Below are positions 50,399 through 62,700 of a stretch of 64,000 nucleotides of DNA, one piece after another (position 1 is the first letter of the stretch; each line of letters begins with the position of its first letter). Made by a program: the position numbers and the translations under genes. Under the pieces are notes generated by a model. The model had not been told where the DNA came from. It saw only the letters and a list, made by a program, of their open reading frames with translations, and made no database searches. The DNA is from Amoebophrya sp. A120 (Eukaryota; Protista; Dinoflagellata): the NCBI GenBank assembly GCA_905178155.1, contig CAJINV010000005.1, forward strand, positions 3,403,716 through 3,467,715, in the 5' to 3' direction.

Positions 50399-53302
50399 CT
50401 ACGCCTCCGCATCGTCGCCACTGGCGGCATTTGCGTCGGCACTGGCGTACTTTACCTCTTTCATGTTCTGCACCTTGGCCCGGGCTTTTTTCCCCTTGTA
50501 CAACGCTTGCACGCGTGTGGCGGCCTCCTCCTCTTCCGCCCGCTCGCGTTCCTCCTGCTCTTTTTATGGGGCTCTCAACTGTTACATACTCAACTGTTAC
50601 ATGATTTGTCATGCAAAATGATCATGAGCCGCCAGACCATCATGCTGCTTCGCATGGCAAAGTCTCGAAGGGCTAGACAGCGTCTAAATCTGTGCCAAAT
50701 TTGTGATGCGAGACGTGCAAGCTCGCCCGTTTCCCTATTGCTGTTTTTGCATCACAAACCCATGTAACAGTTGAGAATGTAACGTTTGAGAACACCATAC
50801 TTTTTTCGCTTGCATTTTCGCCTGGACCTCCGCCCGGTCGCGCTTGCCCCGGTAGAGCGATTGAACCTGAGCAGGAGCGATGTTCGTTGTCAGAATGGGA
50901 GTAGAGCTGGTTGCAAAAGATAAAGACTGGTCGGTGTGTTCACCAATGCAGCCGCAGCATCAAAAATTGAGAATGTACACAGTATACTTCTAAGTATCGT
51001 TCGACTAGTTGCAGCTACACATCACGCGCGTAACAAATACCTTCGTCGCCGCCGCCTCGTCCTCTTTTGCTTCCCTGGCTGCCTGCTCGTCGGCAGTCTC
51101 GCCCGCTGGTGCCCTTGTCGGTACCTCTTCAGCCACGGCAGTTTCCTTTACGGGCTCGGCCTTTGGCACGACTCTGGGACCACCAACTGTTGTTGAATAA
51201 CGAAGTACTACTTCGTGATGTTGCAGTGCATCAGTACCACGCCTGCCCAAACGAGAGGCACACAGGTAGTACAGAAAGGGGTCTTTTAACACAACATTAA
51301 TATAGCAGGCACAATATTTATTCGCACGTTTCGAAATAAATTCTATTCCACAGTAGAAAGTATTAAACGTGAAACGTCTACTACCTTCAGCGACACTTGG
51401 ATCCAGCAAATCCGACCTGACCGCGCAGACAGTCACTGGTGTTGTTGGTCTCCCAGCGTAGTTGACACCCATCCGACTTATTTTCCACATCTGTATGATA
51501 AAATCGGACGTGTCAGTTTCGAGTTTCTGATTTCGAAGCGCAGCCAATGACGTGGTTGATGTATGAAACTACAATCCGAAGATTTTCGCATGACAGATTC
51601 ACGTACTCTGAGGTTGCGTTGTGTTTGTAGAAGCAAAAGTACCGTTCTCATGCCGGTTATCACTCGCCCAAAAATCACCGTCTTTCCATCGCACATCGGC
51701 AACTCCTTGAGCGTCACGTAAAATTGCGAACCATTGGTGTCTAATTTGCTCTTGCACATCCCGAGTAAGCCTGGGGAATCGTGCTTGTACCTGAGGATTT
51801 CGGTATTTGCAGCTGCATGCACGTGCACACGGCGAAGTCCTTTCGCGATCGCAAAATCTTTCCGGCTTAGAAAAAATAACGTGAAAGTAAATTCAGGTTT
51901 GTAAGTTCTTACTTGTAGGAGTCGTCTGGAACTGGATCTCCGGAGTCTGATACGGAGTTGCACCCCGACCCGTCCTATCAAATGCAAAAATGTCTGGGTC
52001 TGGAAGATTCTGAGACTTGTCATGCATATTTTGCATGACCCAGGATGTCTGTAATGCACGACCTAGCATCACATATTTTTAGAGGGCTTTCTGATCATGC
52101 CTACTCCGCATGACAAATGCGCTCCCCGCGTAGCAGAAACGAGACCTCTCTTGCTGGTCATGCAATACAGATTTTTTTACAGTCCAAAGTTAGCATCACA
52201 AGTTCCAACCTTCCAGACCCAGACACTTTTACATTTGATACGTCCACTATGTCCCCGCCTTGAATGTAACAGTCCTTCTTTATTCGGTGTATCTGTGATT
52301 TTTTCGGTGATTCTGGTGATTATACATTGCATCAAGTGATTTGGCTTGAAGAAGATCATGCAGGCGAAGACATCTAAATTTATCTTCGACACTTACACTT
52401 GTTTAGAACAAAATCAAACGATGGAACAAACCCCTTCTAGAAAAATCAGTGATTACTGGGGATCCAAGGTATTTCCCGCTTTGCAGCAGCGCCAAAAAGT
52501 TGTTCACGATTCTTGGGCACTCCTTGTGAAAGAGTTCAAACGCCACGGGCTCGGCTTCTCGGTCGCCAAATTGAAACGTGACCTGGCAGTATCTCCTTGA
52601 CTTCGCAAAGTTCTGCTGCTGGGCTTTATTCGCGAGCCTCTTGTACACCAGCATCGACGTACTGTCTTCGTATTTGAACCTGACAGAAAATTGACAGAAA
52701 ATTTGTATTGCGAGAGAAAGAGAAGTAGAGCACATGTACAATGATCAATCATCTCTCTTCATACTGCGGCGCGTCTGCGAACAGGATAAAGCAAAAAATA
52801 TACATTTTTCTATTTTTACCTTTTCTCTGCCCATTCGAAGAATCTGTCCATATTTGCGAAATAGAGCGCCTTCTCGTCGTCTGCTATGGCGTACACGAGC
52901 GTGTTACTTGGCTTGCACATGAAAAACGCGCCTCCCAGGCTGCCAGCGATCTTTTTCAGTCGGATTTCGTACTGTGCTTCAAAGTAGCCCTCAATCGTGG
53001 CGCGGACGTTTGATCTGAGTTTGGGTAAGGTTTTTGCTATGCCTGAGTACTACGTTCTTGAAGCAATGAAATAATGGTCATCTCGCCGGAAAGCAAATCG
53101 AATTCTACTTCACCACATTCACCGTGAGTACCTGTTTTGCAATGGATGAATACCACTTGCTCATCATGAGCGCACGAAGAAGTGAATACCTGTTTTGTGC
53201 CAAGAACTCCGCTGCCATGCGGAGCTTGTGAAAATCTGGAGCCTGCCATTTTCCCACCACGTGAATGTGGTACTGGATTGGCTCGGCCGCGGGGGCTGGC
53301 AT
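50399..53302 (-). CDS. PPIL6-like cyclophilin with C-terminal IQ motifs, multi-exon
   Basis: FELFHKECPRIVNNFLAL, QGGDIVDGSG, HDSPGLLGM, TNGSQFYVTL, DGKTVIFGRVITG; IQ-like (I/V)QSLYRGKRDR and VQALYKGKKAR; PPIL6-like N-terminal extension. The 3' end is approximate. Confidence 0.8.
51976..52240. mobile_element. Introner family A
   Basis: Family A TIRs; perfect direct repeat CGTCC; join QGGDIVDGSG in the conserved cyclophilin motif. Confidence 0.92.
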
Positions 53303-53942
53303 CTTTTTTGCGTTGGCAGCTGAAAAATCAAAAACTTGTTCGTATATACTTGTGACAAAAGGAGCCGAGTGTTCTCAAGCTTCTCCCGTAGCTAGTGCAA
53401 GAACATATAATTTGTAGTGGTGCACTGTACTGGTGGGCGTGGGCCTGTTGCCTGTTGGTGTAGTTAGCACCTGGCAATAACAAGCATCGTGTTTACGGCA
53501 GCCCATTCTTTTCCCTGGGGAGACATCACTACACGACGACCTTCGACAATACCGAGCGACAGCGAGGTGAATCGAGGAGTGCGACAATTTCAGTACGAGG
53601 TCAAGCAGCAATCCATGATGTTGCGGCGTTCCTCATAAGTAGAAGTACGTCTTCTTGCATCAACTACAAGATGTACGGGTGCGATGAAACTTCTACAACA
53701 ATGCGGCCGATGTGTTTATTCTTTCCCCTCGTGGTAGCACTCGATATTAATAACACACTCTGTTTTCACTCATTGAAGATTCTTATTCGACTATAGAGAC
53801 GACAAACAAGCTGAGAGAAAATATCTAGAAGAACTCACTACGCGCCCGCCTGCTCATTAGCCAGTCGTAGAATCGAATGTGGTAGAGGCACTACCACTAC
53901 AAGAGGAAGACTAAAAAACCAGCAGCCCACTACTGCTTTCAT

Positions 53943-54755
53943 TCATGTGGTTTTCTTTTCGTTTCTGACTGTGGTGTTTGTACTGTCTACAACTCCACTC
54001 GCAGCCGCATCAACATCTTCGTCCGTATATGCATCAGTGTTTTCCGCAAAGCCGCTCTCCTTCAGATTTTGTGTCGTTCTCGACGGCAATTCCCCGTCGC
54101 TCATTTCGCCCGCGTCGGCCATCAAGTCTTCCACCTCCTCAAACATCCTCGCGTCGAACGCTTTTGCCCAGAGTTTTTGGATAGTTTTCAACTCCGTTTC
54201 CGTCAACCCCTTACTACCCGGCGAAACGTGCTGGACAAAGCGCTGGATCGCGGAGGGACGGAGGCTGCGCGGGTCCTCTTTGGGGAGTTGGGCGGACAAA
54301 GCGTCTGCGATGGTTTCCAAGTCGGGTTGGAGGAGCTTTGATGTTGTAGTTGTTCTGGAGAACGGGCGAGTTGAAGAAAAAAGCGGGGACGAAGATGAGG
54401 CTGACAATGAGGTTCTGCAGCTGCTGCTGTTGGACCATGGACATGCTCTTCCCGTGGCGAAACTAGAACGTTGCGCCCCCGTAGCAGCATGCGAATGAGA
54501 AGTCGACGTTGCACGGTGGATCAGCGGACGATACAACGAAGACGAGGAGCAACTCCTCGTCCTTAACATCACCGCAGCATGTACTATACCGCTGGGTTTT
54601 ATTGTTCTGCCGCGAAACGCTGGCCGCGCGATCAGTGGTGGCATAGGCAGCGAGCAAAGCGAGGGCATCTCTTGTCTTTTATCTTTATGGCTCAGCTCCA
54701 ACCACGACGGTGTGTGACGATTATAACACGTGGCGCTAAGAGAAGAACGCTGCAA
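53943..54755 (-). CDS. Hypothetical protein, possibly mitochondrial
   Basis: 270-aa ORF with an S/R-rich N-terminal part and a small helical acidic domain. The true start is probably further downstream. Confidence 0.5.
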   Translation of the reverse strand: MQRSSLSATCYNRHTPSWLELSHKDKRQEMPSLCSLPMPPLIARPAFRGRTIKPSGIVHAAVMLRTRSCSSSSLYRPLIHRATSTSHSHAATGAQRSSFATGRACPWSNSSSCRTSLSASSSSPLFSSTRPFSRTTTTSKLLQPDLETIADALSAQLPKEDPRSLRPSAIQRFVQHVSPGSKGLTETELKTIQKLWAKAFDARMFEEVEDLMADAGEMSDGELPSRTTQNLKESGFAENTDAYTDEDVDAAASGVVDSTNTTVRNEKKTT

Positions 54756-54917
54756 CTACCTCGCGGCCAACGTAGTCCAGTAAAACAAAAAGACGGCACT
54801 TATCACTCTTAGCCGTTCTCATTTAGCCTGTATATATTGTCGTAGCACCGCAAAAAACATCAAGACAGGGGTCCATCACGATGAGCATCAAACTCGTTGA
54901 TTTATCTCAGGATTAGC

Positions 54918-55634
54918 TATCGCCGTGGAAAAACGCCGGCGCGATGCAGTGCAATACTGCAGTCACAGAGGCAAACGTAGCTTGTTTTTTTTTATATCTA
55001 CATGGTAGTTTAGAGGTCGTGACCGCAACACGTTGAAATCATCACGCAGCAATTATTTCCGCACGACTTTCTGTTCAGTCCCCATGGTCATCAATAGGCG
55101 ACAACTGTGAGTAGTCACGAAAATGGTGGGGCTCCACTTGCTCCGCTTGCTCCGGTGCGTATCGCCGTGAAGAAACGCCGGCGCGATGCAGTGCAATACC
55201 GCAGTTACAGAGGAGGCAAACGCAGCTTGTTTTTTTTTTCTACATGGTAGATTAGAGGTCATGACCGCAACGCGTTGAAATTATCACGCAGCAAGTAGTT
55301 CCGCACGACTTTCTTATTCTTGTTGACTGAAAAGAAAGTTTCTTTTCAGTCCCCATGGTCATTAATAGGCGACAACTGTGAGTAGTCACGAAAATGGTGG
55401 GGCTCCACTTGCTCCGCTTGCTCCGGTGCGTATCGCCGTGAAGAAACGCCGGCGCGATGCAGTGCAATACCGCAGTTACAGAGGAGGCAAACGCAGCTTG
55501 TTTTTTTTTTCTACATGGTAGATTAGAGGTCATGACCGCAACGCGTTGAAATTATCACGCAGCAAGTAGTTCCGCACGACTTTCTTATTCTTGTTAGTCC
55601 CCATGGTCATTAATAGGCGACAACTGTTACTAGT
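54918..55634. repeat. Tandem triplication (242/271-bp units) of the last exon and 3' flank of the neighbouring gene
   Basis: TATCGCCGTG..AAACGCCGGCGCGATGCAGTGCAATAC recurs at 54918, 55160 and 55431; the units encode EQVEPHHFRDYSQLSPI(N/D)DHGD*. Confidence 0.9.
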
Positions 55635-56749
55635 GGACTTTCTCAATAAAGGACTATTTGGCCGAAGTGATTTCTAAGTGTACTCCCGTCGTGTTTCGCT
55701 TCAAAAGCCGATTGGTATCTGGATTCTTTTCTGATTATTTTGGATGGCCATACGTAGACCGATGGCATTTTGATGCGTTCTGCAAGTTTCCGTCAGTCTT
55801 CTTTCCAGCATGCCAACCAGCTTAGACTAGACCCAAAACGAATGCACTTCGCGACAACGGCTCGGCGCAAAATCGCGCGTACGAATCAGCGAAATACAGG
55901 GCAAAGAACGAAAAGAGACGCCGCGCGATGAGATTCTTTGCGCGCCGTTTGCACTAGAGAAGAGCTGGGCCGTTTGCTACGTACTCTTGCTTTTGGAAAA
56001 TTTGCAAAAGCCCCAGCCCCCCCTGCGGCAGAAAGAGCAAAGTGGCTGCGTGCCCACGTAGTGCAGTCGTGTGGCAGCGCTTACTTACACGCTGGCACCA
56101 CGGTCGCAGCCATTTTGCTCTTTCCCCCGCGCACGGGAGCTGGAACTGTTGCGACCTTTTTTCTCGGGTTTGCGACCTTTTTTTTCTCGGGTTTGCGACC
56201 TTTTTTCTTCAGTTTGCGAGGTTTTTTCTTCAGTGTGCGACCTTTTTTGCTATTTTCGACACAAAAAAGCGCCACAGAATGGCTTCCAGGTGGGAAGCGC
56301 CGGGGGCACCGGCGAGGCAGCGCGCGGCGCATCCACAAGCTCCGACGGCCGCCCGCAAAGGCGCGCGGCGCACCTTCCACGCTGCGCACGCCTTTTGTTT
56401 TTTGGCTAGTTTCGCGAGTTTTTTCGTGCCCCGGCTCTTTTTTTTTACAGTTTTTGTATGTCCCGGCGGCATTTTTCCCTGCTTTGCGCGGCCAAACAGG
56501 ACGCCGCTTGTCTTTTTTTTCCCTTGAAGCAGGTCCCAATAATCTTGCCCGCCGGAACGTACACGCACCGCGCCGATACGCCCCAACTTGTTTTGCTTCC
56601 GCGAGATTTTCCTTTCCGCTGGAGCCCTCTTCCGGCCCACTTTCCCGTGGTTCTGCGTCGGCCACGAGTCCGGAAAAAGACTTAGGGATTACTTCGGTTT
56701 TACTTAGGATTCACTTAGGCCAACACTTAGGTTTATCGAGAAAAACCAA
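55635..56749. mobile_element. Non-autonomous DNA-transposon-like insertion, about 1.1 kb
   Basis: Imperfect TIR GGACTTTCTCAATAAA / TTTATCGAGAAAAACC, TAGT on both sides, subterminal ACTTAGG repeats, internal TGCGACCTTTTT repeats. It interrupts a sequence that is contiguous in the adjacent tandem copies. Confidence 0.6.
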
Positions 56750-56751
56750 TA

Positions 56752-59700
56752 GTCCCGAAAATGGTGGGGCTCCACTTGCTATCAAATGTAAAAATGTCTG
56801 GGTCTGGAAGAGTCATGCTGTTTTTGCATGACACAGAAGGTCTGGCATGGAAGCTCTAGCATCACAGGTTTCGAGAAGCTTCCGCAATGCCGAATCCGCA
56901 TGACAAATCCCCCATTTTGGTGACAGAAAGTAGGCAGCGTTTGCTACCTATGCATGAGAGATTTTTCTGTGTTCTGAAATACGCATCACAAGTTTGTATT
57001 CTTCCAGACCCAGACATATTTGCAATCCATACTTGCTCCCGATAAACTTGCTCTCCCTCATTTTCTGCCCCACCGCCCACACCTCCCGTCCCGTCTGGCG
57101 ATAACTCGAGACTCTGACTGCTGTTCCCGTAACTCAAAAACTGGTTGCGCTTGTACCGGGCGGAGCGCTTGCTACTGTTAATGGTGTTGTAGCCTCCACG
57201 GGGAGTTACCTGGTGATACATTGAGATTTTTCTAAGGTCATGAGCTTGCCGTGAGAACAGGTTGCGATTCGAGAAAAATTGCAGAAGCAGGAGGTCGAGG
57301 TCGTGTGCGTGTGGTGAATAAAAGCAGTCCTGGTCTAGATTTTTTTGTATGACAAGTCAGCAGTCGAATTGTTCAAACGGACCAGGAAATAAAGAAGTAT
57401 AGATCAACAAATACGTATCTCGGCGTGAACAGGCTGTTGTTGAAGACGGAGGACGGCGTCAAAACGGTATCGGTTCTGCTCGTGTTAAGCATGTTGTTTC
57501 CATCCACCCCGGAAGATGATGAAGACACCGGTGCTCCTGAAAACGAACTCGGCTCAAATTGCAGTTGAGATTGTGGCCCAAGAGCGCCAGCTGCACCAGG
57601 AGGTCCTGCTACTACACTAGGAAGAGTTGTAGAAGAGGTGGTTGCAGTTGTTAACACAGCTGATGTGCCTATGCCATAATTATTGCCATAACTTCCCGCT
57701 TGTCCAGCACTGCCCGTAGCAGTCTGCCACGGCGTCGGCCGATTGTACCGGTCCCGGTAGTTTGGGTCGCCGAAGCTGGTCGACAAAAAAGACGCACTCA
57801 GTAGCGAATGTGCTTGCGCGTACATGGAATCGGGCGCCGCGGGCGATTGGGGTATGGAGGATGGAGGCAAATTCTCCACACTGTTACGCAGGAAAGAGGA
57901 CTGCTCTAGAGGGGTATCGGAGAGAAAGCTTGTTGTAGTTGTTCCCTGCTGCGGTGCCTGTGCAGCTCCTGCTCCGAATGATGTTGGTGGTCCTACAGGT
58001 GGTTGCTGGGACATCGCTCCTGCTGGTGCATTGGCTGTCGATCCTCCGACCAAAAAAGACCCGGCGTTTGATGCAGTTGCTCCACCCGATGATGAAGTCG
58101 TGTGTGACAGATAGGGCGCAAACTGGGTGGCAGGAGAAGCGGCCAGTGGGGTAGTGGTAGTAGGAACAAGGCGTTGTTGGTTGTGGGCACCTGGTGAGGA
58201 ACAAGCCGCTGCTGAACCTGGCCCAGCAAAAGGGTTTTTTGTAGGTTTGCTCGAGCTAGAGGACGAGACACTTGAACTACTTGTCCCGCCGTACATTACG
58301 TCCAGCTTCGGGGAGTGGCTCAATCTCACTTGGTGATACGAACCAAGATCAGACTGGGTGCAGTTATCCAACATTCGACTTTGATTCGACTGCTGTCCGC
58401 CCCTCACCGGTGGCAACGCTCCGACAACCGTTGAAGATCGCGAATGATTTATTGCAGCGGGAGGAGCCCTTAACGGTCTATTTGCATTCGCCGATAGAGA
58501 GGCACTAGGCAGTGTTTCCGCAAGTGGGGTAGGAATTGGCCTCAGCCCGTTTTTATCGTCCACCCGCACTCCATGGCTCAGGTAGCTCATCGTACCAATG
58601 TCAAGCTCAGGTCGGGAGGTTGCAGCCGCGAGGTTGTCCTCCACAGTGGTACTGGGCACGTCTCCCGCTCCTGCAGCAGCTGGGGTTGCTTTTCTGGGCC
58701 GCTGCAGCTCTGGTTTTATTCCGTCGGACAATCTCGGTTCATCGGGAATTGCAGCCAGACGAGGAGCACTGACACTGTAAGTGGCTCCGCCTTGTTCATG
58801 TTGGGTAGCGACTATGCCCTTTGACACCGACCGGGAATTATGATGATCACCGCCAAAATTATAACCGGAATCTGGTGACGCGGCGGAGGGTGGCGAGCTG
58901 GAACAGGACGAAGCACTGGCTGATGAGGACGAGGATTTCGAAATCGTGTGGTCGCTCAAAGTTGGTCTCAACTCCAAAGCGGTCGTGGAGAGTGTACGGC
59001 CAAAACCAGCGAAGCTGCCTTCTACTGTTTGTACCCCTGCTGCGGATTGCGCCGAGGGTCCGCACGACACGGAGTGGGAGTTGTAGTACCCGTTCCCATC
59101 TCCTGGCGCCCCCGCCTCCCGCACAGGACCCCACAGTCCCGACGAACTACAGCTCGACGCCGCTGATGAAGATCCGACACAAGAACTCGAAAACAAACCA
59201 TCCGGCGGACTGGCTGGCGTTTCATTAGTGTGCGCCCCCTCTTTCAACGGGGAACTTTTTTCCTTTTTCTTCTTTCCACCGATTTGGAAAAGGTCCATAC
59301 CAAACTTCTTTTTCTTCTTTTCGCTCGTACTAGTGCCTTCGATAAAATCTACGGCGTCGTCCAGCGGGCCGGAATGCAGGTCCGGTGATTGCGAGGAACT
59401 ACTGACAGACGACTTTTTCTTGTCCTTTTTCTTCTTCTTCGATGAGCTGGTCGGAGAGGCCGTGCTGTCGCGGGCAGTAGTTCCTTCAGCAAAATTTTCT
59501 GCTCCAGCCTCAGTGGAGGTCGCCGACTTAGTATTTCCAACCTGCGGGGTCGAGGTCGTATCCACATGGAGGTCCCGTGACGCTGAGGCAGGCGTTGCGC
59601 TTGCGTCCGCATCGACGGAGTTGTCAGCTCCTGTGGTGGCTTGAGCTTGTTTGTTGGACGTCTTTTTGCCTTGGAAGACGCTGCTGAGAAAGTTGTTCAT

Positions 59701-62700
59701 CTTGCTTTTGCTCTGCGGAGCACCAGCGGATGGTGCACCAGAAGCTGCTTGTTCCTGCTCTGTTCGTTCCTGTGTATCATGATCAGCTCGAACTACAGTC
59801 TCTGCAATAGAAGTATCTTTCTGTCGTGGGGTCACTGATTGTGTTTTTGCCCGTTCTTTTGAAGACGTGGCGCTGCGGTTCGTCATGATCAAGTTCAGAC
59901 GACCGGCGAGACTCGTGGGTTGCGCCGCTGCACTTGCTCCAGGCGGGACAGAACAAGTTCCAGCTGCACCTGCTTCCTCCTGCTCCTGCTCTTGATGTGA
60001 CTTTGGCTTTGCTTCTTCCAGCACAGCAGCTTTTGCTTTTTCCGGGGTAGTGCTATCAGCAGCTCTAGCTGTCTTCTTTCCACCCCTTGATAGCATATTG
60101 GAGAACAAATTCCGCTTCGAACTACTCTCGCTGCGGGCCTGCTCCTGCTTCTCCTTCTCTGCACTTTGAGTTCTTGGTTCGGTCGTTGACTGCTCTGTTT
60201 GATCTGCACTCTTCTGGTCGTTCGCGAATTGCTGCTGCTGCAGCTCTGCTGGTGCAGTATGCATTGCAAAAGTATCGTACTAGTATAAATCGCATGACAA
60301 ATTTCCTCAGCATGTGTAATGCAGATTTACCTTTAGAAAAAGGATTTGTAATGCGTGATTGCAATACGAGTACGATACTTTTGCACTGGATATGCAGCGC
60401 CAGTCAGCAAAACCGCTTCCTCCTCTACTTCCAGCACCACCGGACTATTGTTCTTACTGGATTCTCGCGACGGCTTTCGGAACCACGATTCTGACGGCGT
60501 AGCATCGTCCTGGTCTGTCAAGCCCCCTCTCGCCGACGCCGACGCGGAATTAGTTCCGGCGTTAGCTGCACCTGTACCTCCGCCCGCCGGTAGCTTCATT
60601 TTGTTCTATCCACAGAGAAAAACTCAACATCCCCATCCATTTTTCGCATGACAAGCACGGGACTTGATGCGTGACGTTTTGCATGACAAATTGGAAGGAT
60701 GGGGATGGGTGTTTTTTCCTGGATATGTTCCCCGCCCGTTGCATCATGTTGCCCATGCGGGAGAGGAGGGATCTTTTCCTACTCGCTTCCGAACCCGCGA
60801 TGCTCGCTGTGCCGTCGTCTTCGTTGAGATCTAGTGGAATCATGTTGTCAGCAACGTCGGACGGGCGGCGACTAGGCGTTGGAGACACTGTAGGTCAAAG
60901 GGTATTTAATTCTTTATGGGAGCGTCGCTATTTCTGTCAAACAGAGCGACACAACAAGAACTGCTTCTAGTATAAGAGATTCGTATTAACAAAACTACAC
61001 TGCGTCGCACGACGCCTTTCATGCTAGGCAAAATTCCTTTTGAGCAGGTACACGTCGAGTCACGGTCAAGCATCGTCTATTATCAAGAGTACCTTCTTGA
61101 AGGTTCTTGTCCTTTGTCGACATCGCTTTCGTCAAATTAGTTTTCATCTTGGAGAAAGCCGTTCCCATTTTTGTCGCGGCTGTTTGCTTTTTCGAACTGG
61201 AGCTCATAGTCTCTTTCTTGTGGTCTTCCTCTTCTGCTGCTGGCACGACCTCCAATGTTGCTGGTAATATTTCGTCTTCACCCGTGGTTCTTTGCATTTG
61301 CTGCTCCACCACCGCAAAAACATCATTTTCCAGCACTCTTTTGTCCTCCGGCGCACCATCGTCCTCTCCTAAGTCGATTTCGTCAACTTTGCTAGAGGGT
61401 GCGGCAAGTAGAACTGCAGCTCCTGTAGTTGTGCTGGTCGTGGTGCTGTTGATGCCAAGCGTCACATCATCTGGTTTTATTGCGACGATTTCTGTTCTTG
61501 ATGGAAGATGACCGGCATGATAATTCTTGTTCGGATCTTCATGCTGATTTATTCTTGCGTCGCCTTCGACATTATTATCAACCACTTCCTCGTACTCCGA
61601 GAAGTACGGCATGCGATTGGTAATCGTCTCGTGTAGCTGACCAGATGAAGAAGCTCTATGGTCATCGGGGTGAACATCGAGCTGCTGTGCAACTAAATCG
61701 TTCTCCGCATCAAACGCGGTCTCGTAGTCGTACTCAGCCGGAGTCCTGCGACGTCGGGGGTGATCATCTTCAATTTCTTTTTCGTGTAGTTGATCTCCGC
61801 CATCATGAACCTGAACATAATTCTCATTCGACGCCGGGGGCATTTGCAGGGTCTGCTCCTCTGACGTTCGCAAACCCTTCTCAGGACTCGCGATATTGAA
61901 CATTTCCGGTCCGGTGGTCGCGTTTTTTCCATTGGCTGCAAGAACTTCTACGTGAGGTTCTTGTGATACCTCTTGTCTTACAGTTACACCCTCACGACCC
62001 GCAAGAACAATCGCAGGCTCGGGTGCTCCCGAGACAACCGGCTCCTGATGCTGTGCCGTGCTTGCGGTTTGCTGCTTCATTTCTTCAGGGGAGTCGTGGT
62101 TATAATTTTCTTGTCGTGCTGCAAATTCGAATTCGTTCTGATCCTGCTCCGGCGGGGGTGGTGGTCTCAGTTGTACCTCTGTACTATTTTGCTTCGGATT
62201 ATACATCATCATCCCAGCAGCGGCCGGCACAGCGCCGTAATTCCTCTTCCCCGCAGCCCGGTAACTTGGCGTATCGAATGCAAAAATGTCTGGGTCTGGA
62301 AGATTGCTGAGGTTTGTGATGCTATATCTGCTTGACACAGAAGGCGTGCCATGCAAGGCCTAGCATCACAGGTTTTGAGACGGTTTCCCAATGCCTAATC
62401 CGCATGACAAACACGTTCTTTCGGCGACAGGAAAAGGAGGTCCTTTTACTGTCCAAGCATGACAGAACTTTGTGTGATCTAAGTATGCATCACAAGTTCG
62501 CATCCTTCCAGACCCAGACACTTTTGCATTCGATATGGCGTGATGCTCACCGATCGACTCCTCGCCTCCAGCAAGTCCAATCCTATGCAAAAACGTCCCC
62601 GCCCCCCTAGTGAAGATGGGGAATCGGCTAGAAAAATCCACAAGCTTTGGCTGTTTTGCATCACAAGTTTGGAGGACTCGTAGTGTACCACTGCTGTTTG

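Noticed and set aside
37919-62691. Recurring peptides such as IKCKSVWVWK, FQTQTFLHLI, MSGSGRM and QKYRTRI as a protein family
   Set aside because: They are translations of introner TIRs, not coding sequence.
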